Assembly: GCA_002245135.1 (NCBI GenBank)
Contig: NGBS01000590.1
Span: 186,001 to 237,018 of the forward strand
Reading direction: 5' to 3'
Source: Proteromonas lacertae
Taxonomy: Eukaryota
Length of the DNA: 51,018 nt
A program made the position numbers and the translations under genes. The notes under the pieces are model-generated. The model saw only the letters and a program-made list of their open reading frames with translations, was not told where the DNA came from and made no database searches. Of this stretch, positions 1 through 15,800 are shown in pieces (the first letter of the stretch is position 1; every line of letters begins with the position of its first letter).

Positions 1-684
1 TTGTTAAATGACTTGGTAATTTTATATTAATTGGTTTATATTTGGGTGATGGTGATGGTGATAGTGATGTAGATTGTTGTTGTAAAAATGGTGGAGGTGA
101 TGATGATGATGGAGATATAGATTGTTGTAGAAATGGTAGTTGTTGTTGTGAAGCAGTAGTAGAGTTATTCTTCTGATCCATACCACTTCCTAAATTCTTT
201 GCTGCAGCAATAAACTTATTTACATATACAGTTGGAGCAACACCAGGATTTGGAGTAATAACTGGATTTTGTGGTTGCATTAGTTCAGATTGTAGAAACG
301 GTAGAGACATTTGTCCAGAAGATGAAAAATTATCAGAAGAATGTGTTTCTATTACTGGAGGAGTGAATGATAGTGAATTTAAAAGAACTGGAGGATGATT
401 TAATGCAGGAACTACTGGAACAGGTAAGTGACTAGATATTCTACTAACAACTAGATTAACTTCTGAGGAATTAGTAAAACATGTAATTTTTGAACAATCA
501 TTTGGAATGGTTCGACCATCATCTAAAGCAACTTTTAAACATGCTGTTGATATATTCAAGCGTCCCTATTAACTGTAAGATAAAATAATACTTCTAGCAA
601 GTCATAAACTGCTTGACATGATATATTATCATCAGCAGTTTGTATTTTATAATTTGAATTCTCAAAAATATAAGACACAATCAT
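1..684 (-). CDS. Partial gene (runs off left edge): small N-terminal globular domain (possibly ubiquitin-like) then Pro/Ser/Gln-rich region
   Basis: Manual translation: ATG at 684 (MIVSYIFENSNYKIQTADD...), 26-nt GT-AG intron 566-591 keeps the frame, open to base 1 (...SPSPSPKYKPINIKLPSHLT). Confidence 0.65.
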
Positions 685-790
685 CTTTTTTCTTAGATTT
701 GTTTTATGTAATAATTACACAAGCCAAATGTCAAGCTTTTTCTAAAAAGAGAAATTGATATAAATTCACACATATTTTAATTATATTATA

Positions 791-3700
791 TTACGTACTA
801 CCTAAACCACTTATAAAGCTACCATACTTTTGTGATTTCATCACTTGTACAAATCTTTGAGGTAAAATAATCATCTCTCCTTGTTCATTCTCCGATCCAC
901 ATTGATTAAACATTCTAACAATTGTTCTTTCAGGGGTATTTGCATCTATTTCTTTCACCATTGAAGTAAATTCTTCTAAAGACAATACACCATCTCCATT
1001 ATCATCACCATTCTTAAATATCTCAAGTAAAGAAGCATCTTCTTTTGTCTGTATGGATAACCACGTTTTCATCACAGAATCAATCACATCATCTAAAAAT
1101 ACGTTTTTGTATTTACCATTTGGTTCAGTTATAGCAATTGAAGTTAAATGTGATTTTACCACTTTAACATCATCATAATCCATATAGTCAAATGCACTGA
1201 ATGTATCATTTATTACTTTAATCACATCATCTATTTTCAACTCAATATTTCCATCATAAGATAATCTAACTGATATAAACTCTACTGGGATTAATTGCTG
1301 TATAATATACAGATAGAAATCACATATTTGCATATTATATTCTCCGCTATCATCAACAGGAATAAACCCAGTAATTGCACCAAACCAAAAGAGTCTTTTA
1401 TTATCAGCATATGTTTTAACACTCACAGATAAAGTCTAATAATAATAATAAATAAAACTATATATATATATATATATACATGTAATGATTTAGTAGCTGC
1501 AGTTTTCATATTAAATTTAGATATATACCGATCCATTAAGAATTCAGGCATTGAGTCTCTCGCTTGATTACTTCTATCATCTAAAGCATCAGTTTGTATT
1601 TTCATATTCACAATTTGTGCAGCTTCACTTAATGTTTCGCTTCTTGACATTACTGTAATATTATCTCTCTTCTTTAATACATTTCGTAAAATAGCTCTAT
1701 ATAAACAGAATAAATAAAATATTTATAATATATATAATATTCATACTTCACTTTCTTTTCTGTCTTATCATAATCAATTGTACTTTGACTTCCTGTTGAT
1801 TGACATCCTTCTTCTACACTTGGCATTATTCTTTTAATATCACATAATTTCATTAAATCATCAGAAAGCATTCTTTTAATACTTAACGAATTCTTCAAAT
1901 AGGATTCTTTCAAATCTGCACTTTCTGCTGCTAAACTTTCTAATATGTCTTTTGTACAAGAACGAACTAATAGTGGAACAATCATTGGATTTGTTCTAGC
2001 TAAATTAATTAATACTACTGGATTTCCATTGATTCCATTATTTATTAAACCAATTGCCGATTTGAAGAATCTTTTAATAATCTATTTATAATAATAATAA
2101 ATAAATAAATAAATATACTTCAGGATGTTTCAAACTAATTTTATCAATCAATTCTCCAATTATTTCTATATTATGTAATATTGTTAATGGCTCATTCTCT
2201 ATAATTGATTTAAACAAGTCAGGATGACTAGACATTGATTTATTAATCAACTCTGGAGAAGCTGATAATGTCATATATAATATAGAACAATCTTGATTTA
2301 ATATTTCCCTCAAATTTCTTGTATCTTTTTTCAACATTTCCCTATATGAAAATAATAATAATAATAATTAATATAATACACTAACAATCTTCTACTTAAT
2401 GTTGGATAATTCATAAAAACTCTATCAACAAAATCTAATTCAGCTTGAAGCATGGTTGTAACTAATAATGGATTTTCTTCAGCAACTGCTTTAGTTAATT
2501 CTTTTGATTTTGACATTATATCTGCTAAAATATTAGGTGATTTTAACCAAATATTACTCCAATTCTCTATATTAAAACTTGAAAACATGTTATCTCTTAT
2601 CTTATCATTCTCATTAATCATTGTTTCTAATAAATTATTGTTCTTTAATAATTCACTATAATTATTATAATATAATATAAATAACTATACCCTAAAACAA
2701 CTTTACATTTCACTTTTGAACTTGTTCCATCCATTACACTTTGTAATGATTTTGACTGTTCCTCTAAAGGTAACATACTTATCACTAAACTCAGTAAATT
2801 AGGATTAGAAATCTCATTATCATTTTTTATTATATTTTCAATTAATTCTTTCTTATCACTTGTACATAGTGGATTTACGAATTTATAAGCTTGTTCTAAC
2901 ATACTGAGTGATTTTATATAATCATATTCTTTTAATTCTTCTTTCAAATCATCACAAGCTGCATCTATTACATCTCTTTCATCTGAATATAATTCTCCAC
3001 TATTTTCTTTATCAAATATACTCAAATCCAATAAATTGATTATTGTATTTAAGATTGTTCTATATTCTGGTGTATTATCACTTATTTGCTGTAATATATC
3101 AAGAGCTATTTTGATTGAATTCTTATTGGGCAATTTCTTTTCTTTTAATAATTCTTGTATAACGACTATAATTTTTAAAATATAGAAAAATATTATAAAT
3201 ACATGATTTAGTACAGTATTCTTGTGTAGATTCCCATAATTTTCTTTCATTACTTTTATTTCCAGGTATTTCACTCACCCACTCATTTAATAAAGAGGTT
3301 AATATTGCACTTTCTTGTTCGAAACTAAATATTATTATTACTTATAATATTTATATACGATAGTGAGTGTAAATCAAAATATGTATCATGTAATATCTGA
3401 GATTTGAATGTATCAGGAACAGCTTCATCTGTTGGTAAATTTACTATTTTTTAATTAGAGAAATATTTTCTATACAATCTAATATAGGATTATTGTATCT
3501 GTAGGATAGTGGATCATCTAAACCATGTTGGTAGGCCAACATCGCAGATTTTATAGTTAACTTTGGATCAGCCAATCCAGTCATTCTAACTTTGTTTATA
3601 TTGTTTTTTCTCCAACTATATATTATTAAATATATAAATCATAACAATATTTAGAAATATACAAAGAATCAGTTCTTCCTAAAAAATGCTTCTTTGGCTC

Positions 3701-3890
3701 AGGATCTCCCATCAAACATCGCCTTCTACTGCAAAATCTTCTAAATTGGGTTACTACAGTTAACATAAACTAAAAATAAGCAAATACCTGGAGGTCTTGG
3801 TTGATATATACATTTCCGTTGTTGAGATTGACATAATGACTCTATATGAAGTGAATTATTATCAAATAATGAGTTAGTATCGAAAGACAT
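791..3890 (-). CDS. Multi-exon helical protein with C-terminal EF-hand (TSNAXIP1-like segment)
   Basis: ORFs 791-3274 are separated by short GT-AG introns; EF-hand loop DDNGDGVLSLEEF; segment MPEFLMDRYISKFNMK...KRLFWFG; likely ATG at 3890 (MSFDTNSLF). Confidence 0.7.
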
Positions 3891-3978
3891 ATAAAAACAG
3901 TTTCTATCAAAATAACAATCGTCAAAAGTATTTTGACATTACGATTGTTTTTTCGATTGTTTTTATATTTACATAAAG

Positions 3979-6102
3979 ATGATAATAAAAGTGAATCAAA
4001 AGCATAAGAGAAGAGGGGTATATTTTGTATTTATTTTTATGATAGATTATGTCGAAAATTGGTAGAAAGTGGTTTTGGTGATATAGAAGTGAAGATTGGA
4101 GATAATCGAATAATGTCAATCAAGTCAATTTTAGTGAATGGAAATGAGACTGTAAAGAAACTGTTGTTAGATGGTGAGTTTGTTGGAGTTTTAGAGTTAT
4201 ATGAAGAAATCGAAGAAATTGGCTATTATGAGATGGAGAAATACTACAGTGGTGGTGAACTGATAATCAGTAAAGAGAGTGTGTGTGAAGTGTTGATGTT
4301 TTGTTTATGTTATTGTGAAAAAGAGATAATAAATGATTGTTATGAATTTGTGAAGAATAATATAGATGATGAAGTATTAATGAAATTAATTCATATATGT
4401 AATGTATTTGGTGGATGTTTGAGAGAGATAGAAGACTTGAAAAATATGGAAATAGAAAAGCGAGGATATAAATATTTATATAAGAATGAATATTTGTTGA
4501 GATTAGAAATGAATAATTTGAGTGAGATATTAAATATGAGAGATGTGATAATAGTGAATGAGTTATGGTTATTAAATCGGTTTATTAGGAATGGTATAAA
4601 TTCCAAAAGAATAAGAAAGAAAATAAAGAGATAGAAGATGATTTTAAACAATTGATAGAAGAAGATATTGATTGTGAAAAGATAAAAGAGAAAGAGATAG
4701 AAAAAGAGAATAAAGAAATGTTGAAAGAAATGAAAATAGAATTAAAGAAAAATGAATGTAAAAATCATATAGAAATATATTTAATAAAAGATGAAAGAAT
4801 TCAAAATATAATAATCAACAATTGCAATGAAGATAATAAAGAAGAAGACTTTAATGAAGAAGAAAGAGAAATATTGGATAAGATGAAAGAAGAAGAATTG
4901 AATGATGAAATAATGTGTATATTAGAAATGAATAATATAAAAATGAGTGAAATAGTATTGATGATAATGAAATATAAAAATATGAAAATTGGAAAGTATA
5001 AATACTAAAAATATATTTAAATAGAATATATCTCAAATACAGAAAAGAGAAATCTATTAGATAGATTATGTATAGAATATAATGAGAATAAAAGAAATCG
5101 AACAATGAAATGTTTATGTTTATTCATTGATGATAAAAAGAATATTTCAATAATAGAAGAAGTATGTGGAAAAGAAGTTCTTTTTAGAATATTGAATGAA
5201 GATAATTATTTAAATTCCAAATCTAAAGAAATATTAATAGAATATATAAAAGAGAATAAACTGAGTTTAAAGAAGAAGAAGAAATGATAAAAATAATGAA
5301 AGACAAAGAATTATTGAATGAATTAAAAACAAAAGAAATCACATCATTTTCATATCCTCAATCAGAATATTTATTTGGAATAAATGAAGAAATATCAATA
5401 ATTCCTTTATTTGATGGAAATCGATGTGAATTTTCAATCAATCCTTCATTGCCAGATGGTTTAATGATAGATCAAGAAAATGGAATAATTCATGGAAAAG
5501 TGAATAAAGAAATCGAAAAGAGAGAATATGAAATAAGTTGTAAGAATATTGTAAATGAAAAGAAATTCAAAATATCATTAGAGTTTGAAGGAGGAAGATT
5601 TACAGAATTAAACAAAAGTGATGGAATATCAATATCAAATAAAAGAAAAACAATAACAAATACAATTCGTGGTTTTAATCATTGTTATTTAAATTTGAAA
5701 ATGGAAAATGGAATTTATCATATCAAATATAAATTTCATCAAAATGGAAGTGAAGGTGATGGTATGATATTAGGATTATCAACAAATAATACATATTCTG
5801 GTGGAAATATTTTTGATAAATCAACATGTAATTATGTTGCATGTAATGGTAAAAGTCAAAATATTACTTATGATTGTCATATTGGAACAGTTGTTAATAA
5901 AAATCCAAATTTCAATAATCATGGAGATGGTTCAATTTATGAAATGATTGTTGATATGAATAAAAGAGAATTTTGGATAAGTCATAATAATTCATCTCCT
6001 GTTTTACTTGTTGAAGATTTACCATCTCCATTATATCCTTATGTTGCATTAATATGGGAAAAAACATCAATAGAATTATTGTCAGTTTCACATCAAAATT
6101 AG
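3979..6102 (+). CDS. BTB/BACK-like + He_PIG-type Ig + SPRY/B30.2-like protein, copy A (several frameshifts)
   Basis: BTB-like GDIEVKIG...MEKYYSGGELIISKESVCEVL; Ig motif FSINPSLPDGLMIDQENGIIHG; SPRY-like YEMIVDMNKREFWISHN...LYPYVAL; intron 4018-4046; near-identical paralog at 17765. Confidence 0.7.
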
Positions 6103-6199
6103 AACTATTTCTTGCTATCATATTTTTCTATATATATTAATAATATTAAAAATAAATAAAACAAAATCATATATATAAAAACAATAATCGATTTATAAT

Positions 6200-9100
6200 T
6201 TATAAACTTTTATCTTGATCCAATAATTCCCCTAATGCTTTCTTCATTTGAACAAATTTCGCCATCAAATGTTCATGGAATGGTCTCATCTGCACATCAC
6301 ATTTCAACTGATGTACACTCATTGCATGTTCTAAAGCTAATATCAATTGATTCAACGCTTCTCTCAAATTACCGATTATCTTTTCAGCATTTTCATTCAA
6401 AGATTCTGCTATTTCAGGATAAGTTGTTTTATATTCACCATTAATAATTGGATAATAATTGGCTAAACCACCATTCACAGCTGCATCAATAACTCCTCCT
6501 AACATTTGAGTGAAATTTTGAGAAACAACCTTTATTGAAGCTGAATCTAATATTGCATCATTAATATCATTTATTTTAGAATGTAACGCATCTATAGCAC
6601 CTTCAATTGGGTTTAATGTAATAGTTTTTGTTTTAACAATCGAAGAAAATCGAATAGGAAATGGAAATACATCTTCACATTCATAATATATTTTTATAAT
6701 CCACTTTTCCAAAAACTCATTGTTACTTTTACCTTCATGTTTTTTTACAGCATAACTTGAACAGAAGTATTTAGTATCATTATTCTTGCTATACTGTCTT
6801 ATCTTATTAGGGGTGGTTCTATTATCAATTGGCATGATTCCATTATTATCTATTTCACCTTTGGTTGCTACACTTAGAATGAATGTTTTTATAACTCTTT
6901 TATTCTTCAATTCGTTTAATTGTTCTTTTGTTAATGGTTTTTGACTTAAATCTAATTCAGCATCAGGAAATTGATTTTTAATTCTTTGAGAGAATGTATC
7001 TAATTTTTCAAAATTATTAGCTTTAGCGATATAATCCTTGTTCTTATAGAATTGAATCCAGTTTTCACCAAAGAAACCAACATAATAATAATTAGGAAAT
7101 ACATTTGATAGAGTTCTATCTTCACTAATAATCTTCATATAATATTCAGATTTATGTTTTAAACAATCAGATAATTCATTATATTGATATGTAGATTTAT
7201 AATATGGTTCAATATAGTCCAATGTTTTAATTCCTACTTCATACACTTTGGTGCTTTCACATAATGTTAAACAGTCAGCTAATAGTTGATGTTTGTTCAT
7301 TGTTGTATCTGGGGAATTAATGAATGCGAAACTTTTTGTTGCACATTTTTCTATTTCAGTTTTCCAAACTGTTTGACATTGACTTAATTCACTACAACTA
7401 GTCATAAAGTCTTCAAACATTCCAAATTTCAATAATAATTTCATATATCCAAAATAGGATGTAGAACACATAAATTCATATTGAACTAGTCGTTTCATTG
7501 TTGGATGTAAAATGATAGTAGAATAAGTGATTAAATCATTGATACAAGATAAGAACTTGATTATTTTATTTTCATTATTATAAAATACTTTATTTTTATT
7601 ACGTAAAAAGTATAATAATGAAGTGAAGAAATATAATAAATGATTGCATCTATCATATAAACTATATATTTCCTTTTCACATGTTGTTTCTTGATCGTTA
7701 TAATAGGAATGATTCTGTAAATATTGTCTTAAAGCTATAAATAGTCTTACAATAAATTCATCAACATTCTCTTTCTCTTCTTCAATTATACTATAAAATA
7801 ACTCTTTCACCATATCAAATATCTTCAAGTTTGGCTTGATTGGGATAACTAACAATAATATGTTATACAATTCTGGGATTTTCTCACATCGTGGTGTTTC
7901 AATATCATTCCAAGCTTGTAGTATATACTGTGGTAATATCACCAAGTATCTGTTATTAGGATCACATTCATATCCTTTTATCAATACATTTAAAGATAAA
8001 TGAACATAGGAAGATAAGAAATCTAAATTATGAATTGATTTACAGTATTCTATCAACGTATTATTCTCATTAAACAGTTGTGATCCAAGAATAATAGGAA
8101 TATGAGCTAATACTTGCAATTTGAACTTGATTAGAGTATTCCAATAGGATTTATAACAATCATTGATCAATAAAGTATCAGATAATTTGATTATTTTATC
8201 ATAGATTGATAACTGCATTTCATTATCTTTATATACTGTATTGATATGAATAATAAAGCTTTTCTCATCAATTAAATAGAAATAAAATAAAAATCCAGTG
8301 GTTAAATCACCAATAAAATAAAACTTCTTTACCAATGGAACTAATTTGAATTTTAACGATAATATTTTCACTTCATCCAATCTTGTATCAGTTGATTGTA
8401 TAGCATTTTTATTATCATAACATAATAATAAATAATCAATAAGTGGTAGTAAAAGTGGTCTTTTATCTGTTGGACATTTTACTTGACAGAATTCTAAGAT
8501 TGCTAATAAAATATATAAAGATAATAAGAATATGATTCGATTATTATCTTCTTTATAATACCCATATATATTGATTATTGATTCTAATATTTTCATTCTC
8601 AATTCTAATGGAGAATCACTGAATATAGTTGAATCTACTAAATCATAGATTAATAATAAAATTGATAGTTTTAACTCTAAATTCAATTTCTTTATTGAAG
8701 TTGATTCACTAAATATTAATAACAAATTGGAGAATAATGTAATTAAAATATTATCATTTTCTAACTTAAAATCAATTAAATCAAAGATTGTCATTATATT
8801 TATATTTAAGGTAGTAATCATTGTATAAATCCAAGGCTTAGAGTGTAAGGATTGAATGAAATTCACATAATATATGATAATACTAGTAATATTGTCTTTT
8901 ATATCTTCTGTTACTGTTTTATTTAGTTTTTCATATCCATCATATATAAAATGAACAACATCCATAAGTACATCAGTTATCTCATTGATAATAGTAAGAA
9001 ATTGAGATGATGGTTCTTCTTCAGCTTGTGTAAGCTTATTATATTGATTTAAATAGTAATTTAAGATAGGAATAGTAACTTCTGGGAGTTTAGGAGATAA

Positions 9101-10592
9101 AATGAGATAAGATAGTTGATACAAAATCTTTATCTCGTGTTTGTTTAACACAATATAATAATTCTAAGAATGTCTGAATTGATATTTCTCTTAACTTTGA
9201 TTCTTTACTTATTAATTCAAATAGTTTTGTAAAAATCAAATGATTGCATTGTATAATTTCATTTATATTATTCGATACTAAATGGCTGATAGAATCACAA
9301 TATGCGTTTGAATTCTGTTGGATTAATGTTGAAATATCAGCGTTTAAAAACCATTGTAGATTCTCAATTGTTGAATGATTTGGTGATATTAATTTTGTAC
9401 TAATAAATAACTTATCTTTACATTTATTTTTATATTCTGGTTGTTGATATGTATATAATATTCTATTCAAATATTGATTCATACTTTCACTCTTATTCAT
9501 ATCCATTGTCTTATAACATACTAACTCTTTCTTCTCATCTTTAACTATAACTGGTAATGATGATGATTTAGTATATTCTGATTTAGTTGTTATTCTAAAA
9601 AATGCAGTACATTGTTGAGTATCTCTACCAGCATTTGAAGATATATGTTCTACTTTAACTATACAATATAATATCTCATTTTCATCTAATTTTGATGGTA
9701 AATTCAATGAGAAATATTCCATATAACTTGGATTATTATTATGATAATAATAGGAGGTAGTAATTGGATTATTACAACTGTAACTCTTTTCCTTTGTATT
9801 ATTATTATTATAGATTTTACCTCTACTGATTGTACCAGTCAACTCACCTTTGCTATTACACACATAAACATGTAAAATAAAATTCTTTGATTTCATATTC
9901 AATTCACCTAATTTGAATTGTTCAAAACATAATAAAACAATTTTAGGAAAATCAATTGAGAAATCTCTTCTATTAACACTATCTGAATCTAATGGTGAAA
10001 TTAAAATAGTATTCTTATCAGGAACTACATCATCAATATAACCACTTGTTAAACAGCATGACACTTGCAATGGTGTAAAATCATTGGATAATTTAATCTT
10101 ATCTGATTGGTTGTTTATTATATTATCAATTAATTGTTGAATTCCTTCATTACAATCACTACTATTACTACTTACATATACTTTCATATTGTTAAATATG
10201 TAATTTTCTGTGTAAAGCCATATATTCTCTGTCAATAAGATTGCTGCAGCTCCAATTGGTTTACGATATGGTTCTTGTTGTTCTCGAAGTGGTTCAGTTG
10301 AATAGATTCTACAGCATAAATATATCTTATTCTCTAACAAATATCGAAGATGAAATGAATGAAATAAATATGTTGTTGTTTGCATTTTATTTGTAATTAA
10401 TCCCAACTCTGTTATTATTTCACGATGATTAGGGAGATATAAGTAATATTGATATTCTATTGATCCATTGTTATTATAACTATTGGGAGTAATTTGAAAC
10501 ATCAAATGTGTGGGTTGCTCGTAATACTCTGGTGGAATTGGTAATGCATTGAATAATACGAAATCAATTGTATTCTAATAAATAATAATTAC

Positions 10593-10640
<48 letters not shown>

Positions 10641-11502
10641 TTCTCGTATTTGAGGTGTACATTTATGCGTTAAACAGTAATTCGATAATGTCTCAATTAT
10701 ATTATAAGTGGTATATAAATTAATTGGATTGGTGTTATATTGATCCATTATTCTTTGACCTTTATCAGGAATTAGTAATCCATTATTGGGATTCAAAGAT
10801 CGATTGTAGGAAAGTGCAATGGAGAAAAATATGTAACCAAATAGATTCTGATAGGGATATGATAAATTCTGATAGTGATTCTTATATTGGATAAGGTTGT
10901 TGATGAAGAAATTATATTTATCAGATTTAATTTGATCATTTTGAAGGGAGTCACCTTTTAACAGTTCTTGGAAGTTGGCAATTATTTGGTCAACATAAGA
11001 TAATATGAATTGACTCGACCATGGAAAACTATTCTCGAATCTTCTTAATCTTCTACTTAAACATGAGTATATACGACTTTCAATATCTACTACTGGCATA
11101 CCAGGTGGTAATAAGGAGTCTGAAGAAGTTAAACTTTTCTGAGACATTCTTGGAGAGGCTGTAGGAGTAAAAGAGTATTTTCTCTTTGTTATATGAGGAC
11201 TTACTCCGAATTTTACCGGTGGTGGCATGCTCTGAGACTAATAAAAAATATATTAATTTTAGATCATACTTTCTCTACACCTACTAGAATTTCGATACAA
11301 TCCCTTGGAACTTCTAGCAACACAGATGAATTTTTCAAATATCCACGCACCATCGAATCAGAACATTCTGTCACTTTGATAGTATCACCTATTTTAAGCG
11401 AAGTGTTGGAAGATTCACAGATATATTCTTTTTTCACTATATAATAGGAATAGAAAAAGTTCTTATACCTTCTGCTACACCTCTGGTTGGGCTAAACGAC
11501 AT
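6200..11502 (-). CDS. DOCK: Dedicator of cytokinesis (DOCK) family Rho GEF with C2/DHR-1 and DHR-2 domains
   Basis: DHR-2 motifs YYYVGFFG, LNPIEGAID, MLGGVIDAAVNGGLANY; DHR-1-like YYHNNNPSYMEYFSLNLP; ATG at 11502, short introns, one apparent indel near 9093. Confidence 0.9.
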
Positions 11503-11568
11503 CTTTTATCTAGATTTTTAATTAATAACGTTTGATTCAAATATTGCTTGGCTTGACCAACTTGAATA

Positions 11569-12776
11569 ATGAAAAGAGTTCATTCTACTGGTGAGGAAGA
11601 TAAAACACCAAATAAGAAAGTATTCCTATCTTTTGATGCAACTAGGAATTAAAATCACATACAAATGATATAATATCTGTTATAGTAAGTTCATTTTCAT
11701 ATTTTTATGATTAGATTGCTGTATATAACGCTGAAAAGTTTATTGACGAAAGTTTTGATGCTTTATTAGATGTTGAAATGCCAGAAAATTCAACAATAGA
11801 AGTAAGATATTTACCATCCATAATAATATTATAGATATCTGTATATAATGATGGAAGTAGTGACAAAAGTACTGAAGTATTAAATAATAATTTTAACAAA
11901 TTCAAAGATAATCCCAATTTCTCAATAGTTTATAGTGAAGGTGAAATATCTCATGGATGTGGCTATGCTAGAAATCAGTGTGTAAAACAGAGTAAAGGAA
12001 ATTATTTATGTATATGCGATGTAGATGATATAATGTTGAAGAAAAGAATAGTTGTAGAATATGAAGAATGTAAAAAGCATCCAAAAGCTATAATTGGTAG
12101 TAGATTTAAGTATAAATAATATATAAATAATGAAATAATCTAAAATAGACGATTTCCTGAAGGTTCAACATGGCATTATAGTGATTGGGCTAATCATTTG
12201 AGTGAAAAAGAGTTATATTTGCAACAATATCGTGAAGTAACAATAATCCAACCAACTTGGTTTATGAAAAGAGAAATCTTTGAAAAAGTAGGTGGATATA
12301 TAGAAGATGTAGGTGAAGATATAAATTTTTTTCACAGTCATTTAGATTTAGGAGGTGAATTATTTGTAGTGGATGAAGTGTTGTTGTTATATCGATATCA
12401 TAATGAAAGTGTATCAAAAGGAATAAGTCGTAGGGAATTATTGCGAATAAGATTAAGAGCTTTAGAAAGAAGAGTATTAAACAAATGGAGTAGCTTTAGT
12501 ATATGGGGAGCTGGTCGAGATGGTAAAAATTTTGTGAATGATTTAAGTGAAGAAAATCAAAAGAAAGTGAAATGTTTTGGTGATGTAGATATAAACAAAA
12601 TAAACAAGACTTATGTGAATAGTTATAGTGGTTTAAAAATCCCAATTGTTCATTTCTCAAAACTAAAACCTCCATTTATATGTTGTGTTGCTTTAAATCG
12701 AACAAGTGGTGAGTTTGAAAAGAATGTTAAAAGTTTAGGCTATGTAGAAGGAGTAGACTATTATCATTTTAATTAA
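11569..12776 (+). CDS. B3GNTL1: GT2 glycosyltransferase, B3GNTL1/QTGAL-like
   Basis: Spliced N-terminus IISVIIAVYNAEKFI...YNDGSSDKS...GCGYARN...CDVDD; family-typical C-terminus FSIWGAGRDGK...FGDVD..KI...IPIVHF..LKPPFICCV...FEKNVKSL..VEGVDYYHF; introns 11620-11645, 11685-11714 and two more. Confidence 0.85.
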
Positions 12777-12833
12777 AACTAATTAGTAACTTAATTTAAA
12801 TTGTATTTAATGTTTAAATCGAAAAATACAAAA

Positions 12834-15800
12834 ATGAAGTGTATTAATAAACAAGCTTTTGATTTGATCTACATAACTATACATTCTATTTGAATATTAT
12901 GGTAATTGAAGAGTATAGTAACTTTTTTGAATTATGGATTTGATTTTGATTATGTTATAAGGTATAATCAAATAAATGGATTTGAATTGAGAAATGATGG
13001 ATGTTACAATTTGAAACATACCATCTGAAAAATATATTTAACAACTTTGTTTTGGTTAGAGGATGTTATGTTGATATATATAACGAAATTAAAAGTATAA
13101 TTGTGAAGAATGAAAAGAAAAGAGCTTTGAATAAGTTTCAGAAATGCTTTTTAGTCTATGGTAATCAAGATGTTGGAAAAATCACTTTAAGCTGTTTTAT
13201 AGCATATTGTATGAATGAAAATCCATATTTTGATAAGGCAAACATAATCGCATTTAATAATATTGAAGGTGATGGAAGTTATTACAGATTGGCAAATACT
13301 CATGAATATAAAGAAAGAAAAGGAATACCTTCATTGAAAGGTTATAAAATAATTATTAGCGACAACAGAGAAATTCGAGAGGATGATTTCAGTGATGTTA
13401 ATGTAATTATAATGATTAGTTCTCCTGACGCTAATTACTACAAAATCATGGCTAATAAACGTGCACCTGTACAATTCTATATACCAGCATTCACTAAAGA
13501 AGAATTACATACAATTATTAGTAAATCAACAGGAATTGATGAAGATAGAGATAAAATATTAACAGAAGCGATTGCTTATGGATATAATTTAAGGCAAAGA
13601 CAAGATTTGAACTTATTGGGTAAACATATTCTAAATATTAAAACAATTGAAGAATCAACCAAAAAATTACCGTTATATATCCCACCTTCTTATGAAGAAA
13701 GTGTTTTTATATACAACACTGACAAGTATAACGAGATACCTGATACATTAAAATATGTATCTGCAGAGATAGAAAAGTATTTATTGAGTCATTATTTATA
13801 TGGAAGTAAATATTATAAAAAGTTATATGATAGATTTAATAGTAGTTTGCTGACTGGAGTTGATAAAAGATTATACGAAAGATTATGTCATACTATTTTT
13901 GAAGATAAATCTTATAAACATAAAGGTGTATTGTCAAATTATTTAACTGATGATACGTATCCTTACAGAAATATGGAACAATTCTTACACTATCTTCAGT
14001 CTAATGAAAAATTTAAACATGCTGATGAGAATGGTGCTATGAAGAGTGTATGTTGTATTTATGTTGATTTTAGTGAAATAACTAACTTTCCTGCTATAGA
14101 TTCATGTATTATTAACAAATGCTGTATAACTGGAGTGCAAATGACAATATCAGAAGATCATCCAACAATAAACACAGTAATCGCATTTCTTAATGTATTT
14201 ATGTTATTAATAATTAATAGATGTTATTTAGCTGTCATAAAACAGATATTATTAATAATGTGAGGGATATAAAAGATATAAGCATTCTAGCAGAAGCGTT
14301 ATATAGTAATGGTTATATTCCTAAGGATAAAAAGAGAGAATTGATAAATGAAATACATACAACAGACAAAGCATTATATGAAAGCTACGTATAATATTTA
14401 TATTATATAATTTTATAGTTTTTAATTAATGAATTTAACAATAGACTAGATATTGATGAAGAGGAGAAAAAAGTAATTGACAATTATAGTCAAGATGAAA
14501 TTAACGAATTCCTAAATGTATTAGATGCTGATATAAAAATTATACAAAAATTATACGACTTAGAAAAGGAAAAACAAACATTGGAAAAAGAAAAGGCAGA
14601 ATTAGAAGAAAAATCACTAGATGAAACAAACAGACAAAAAAGAAGTTATAATCAGATAGCAGGTGAAGAGGAAAATGAAGAATCAACAGAAAAATCACTA
14701 GAGGAAACGAACAAACAAAAAATAAAAAGAAGTAAAAATAATAGTTATTCATTAAGTGAAGAAAGAGATAATGTTGCAACACTACAAATAAATAACAGCA
14801 ATGCCAGGCTACCAAAAAGAAGAAAAACCAGTAATGAAAATATGTGTGAAGTTCAGAATACAAAGAATGACAAAGGACTAGATAGTCTAAATAATAGATT
14901 AGATGAAATAGAAAAACGAATTAAAGAAATAGAAGTAGAAATTGGTAAAATAAACAACTTTATAAATTGCCTTGTAAAACATGTTGAAAAAATAGAAAAG
15001 GTTATACAAGAAGGACCACTATTACATAACTTGCAAGATTATATGATTGATATGCTATACAATGATAAAAATGAGAAAGAGAGAAATGAAATGAAGGATG
15101 AAATTATAAAAGTATATATTATGTGATTGTTATTATAATTATAGTCAATTAAAGAAGAATTAGAACAAGAAATAGAAAAAAAGAAATCGAAAAAGAAAAA
15201 ATCAGATAAAAAAGATGATAAATGGGGAAATATTTTTACTGAATTAGAGAAATGTAATCCAATTTATAATATTGTATTTATTGCATATAAACATGATAAA
15301 GTAAATACAAAACTTGAGGATGGTGATACTGGTTTTGGACCATTTAGAATATTTAAAGACAGAATAACAGAAGAAATGAAAAGAAATTACAAATGGGAAG
15401 AAAATGATATAGCTCAGAGAATAACTATATCAATAAAGTCGAAAAGATTGAGATTTTGTACTTTTAATATGAAAAATAATAATACTGATGTATTTAAAGA
15501 TTATGAAAAGTTCAAACAAAATAAGGATAAAACAGATTTAGTTGAAACAAGTGAAACAGTTCAAAATAATATGGAAGAAGAATCTGATACATCAATAGAA
15601 ATAATATCTGATTCAGTCAAACCAGAAAAAATAGAACATGATTATAGTATTTGTGATAGAATTATTAAGAAGAGAAAAGGAAGGGGAAAGGAAAAAACTA
15701 TTAGAGAGGAATGGGCAATTCTCAAAAATAATATGGATATAATCCAAGATGATAAAGATGTAAAAGATTTAGAAGATAGTTTAAAAAAAAATAAAAGTAA

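Noticed and set aside
9085..9151. Programmed frameshift in DOCK
   Set aside because: No slippery heptamer; one extra base in ATCTCCTAAA is more simply a sequencing error
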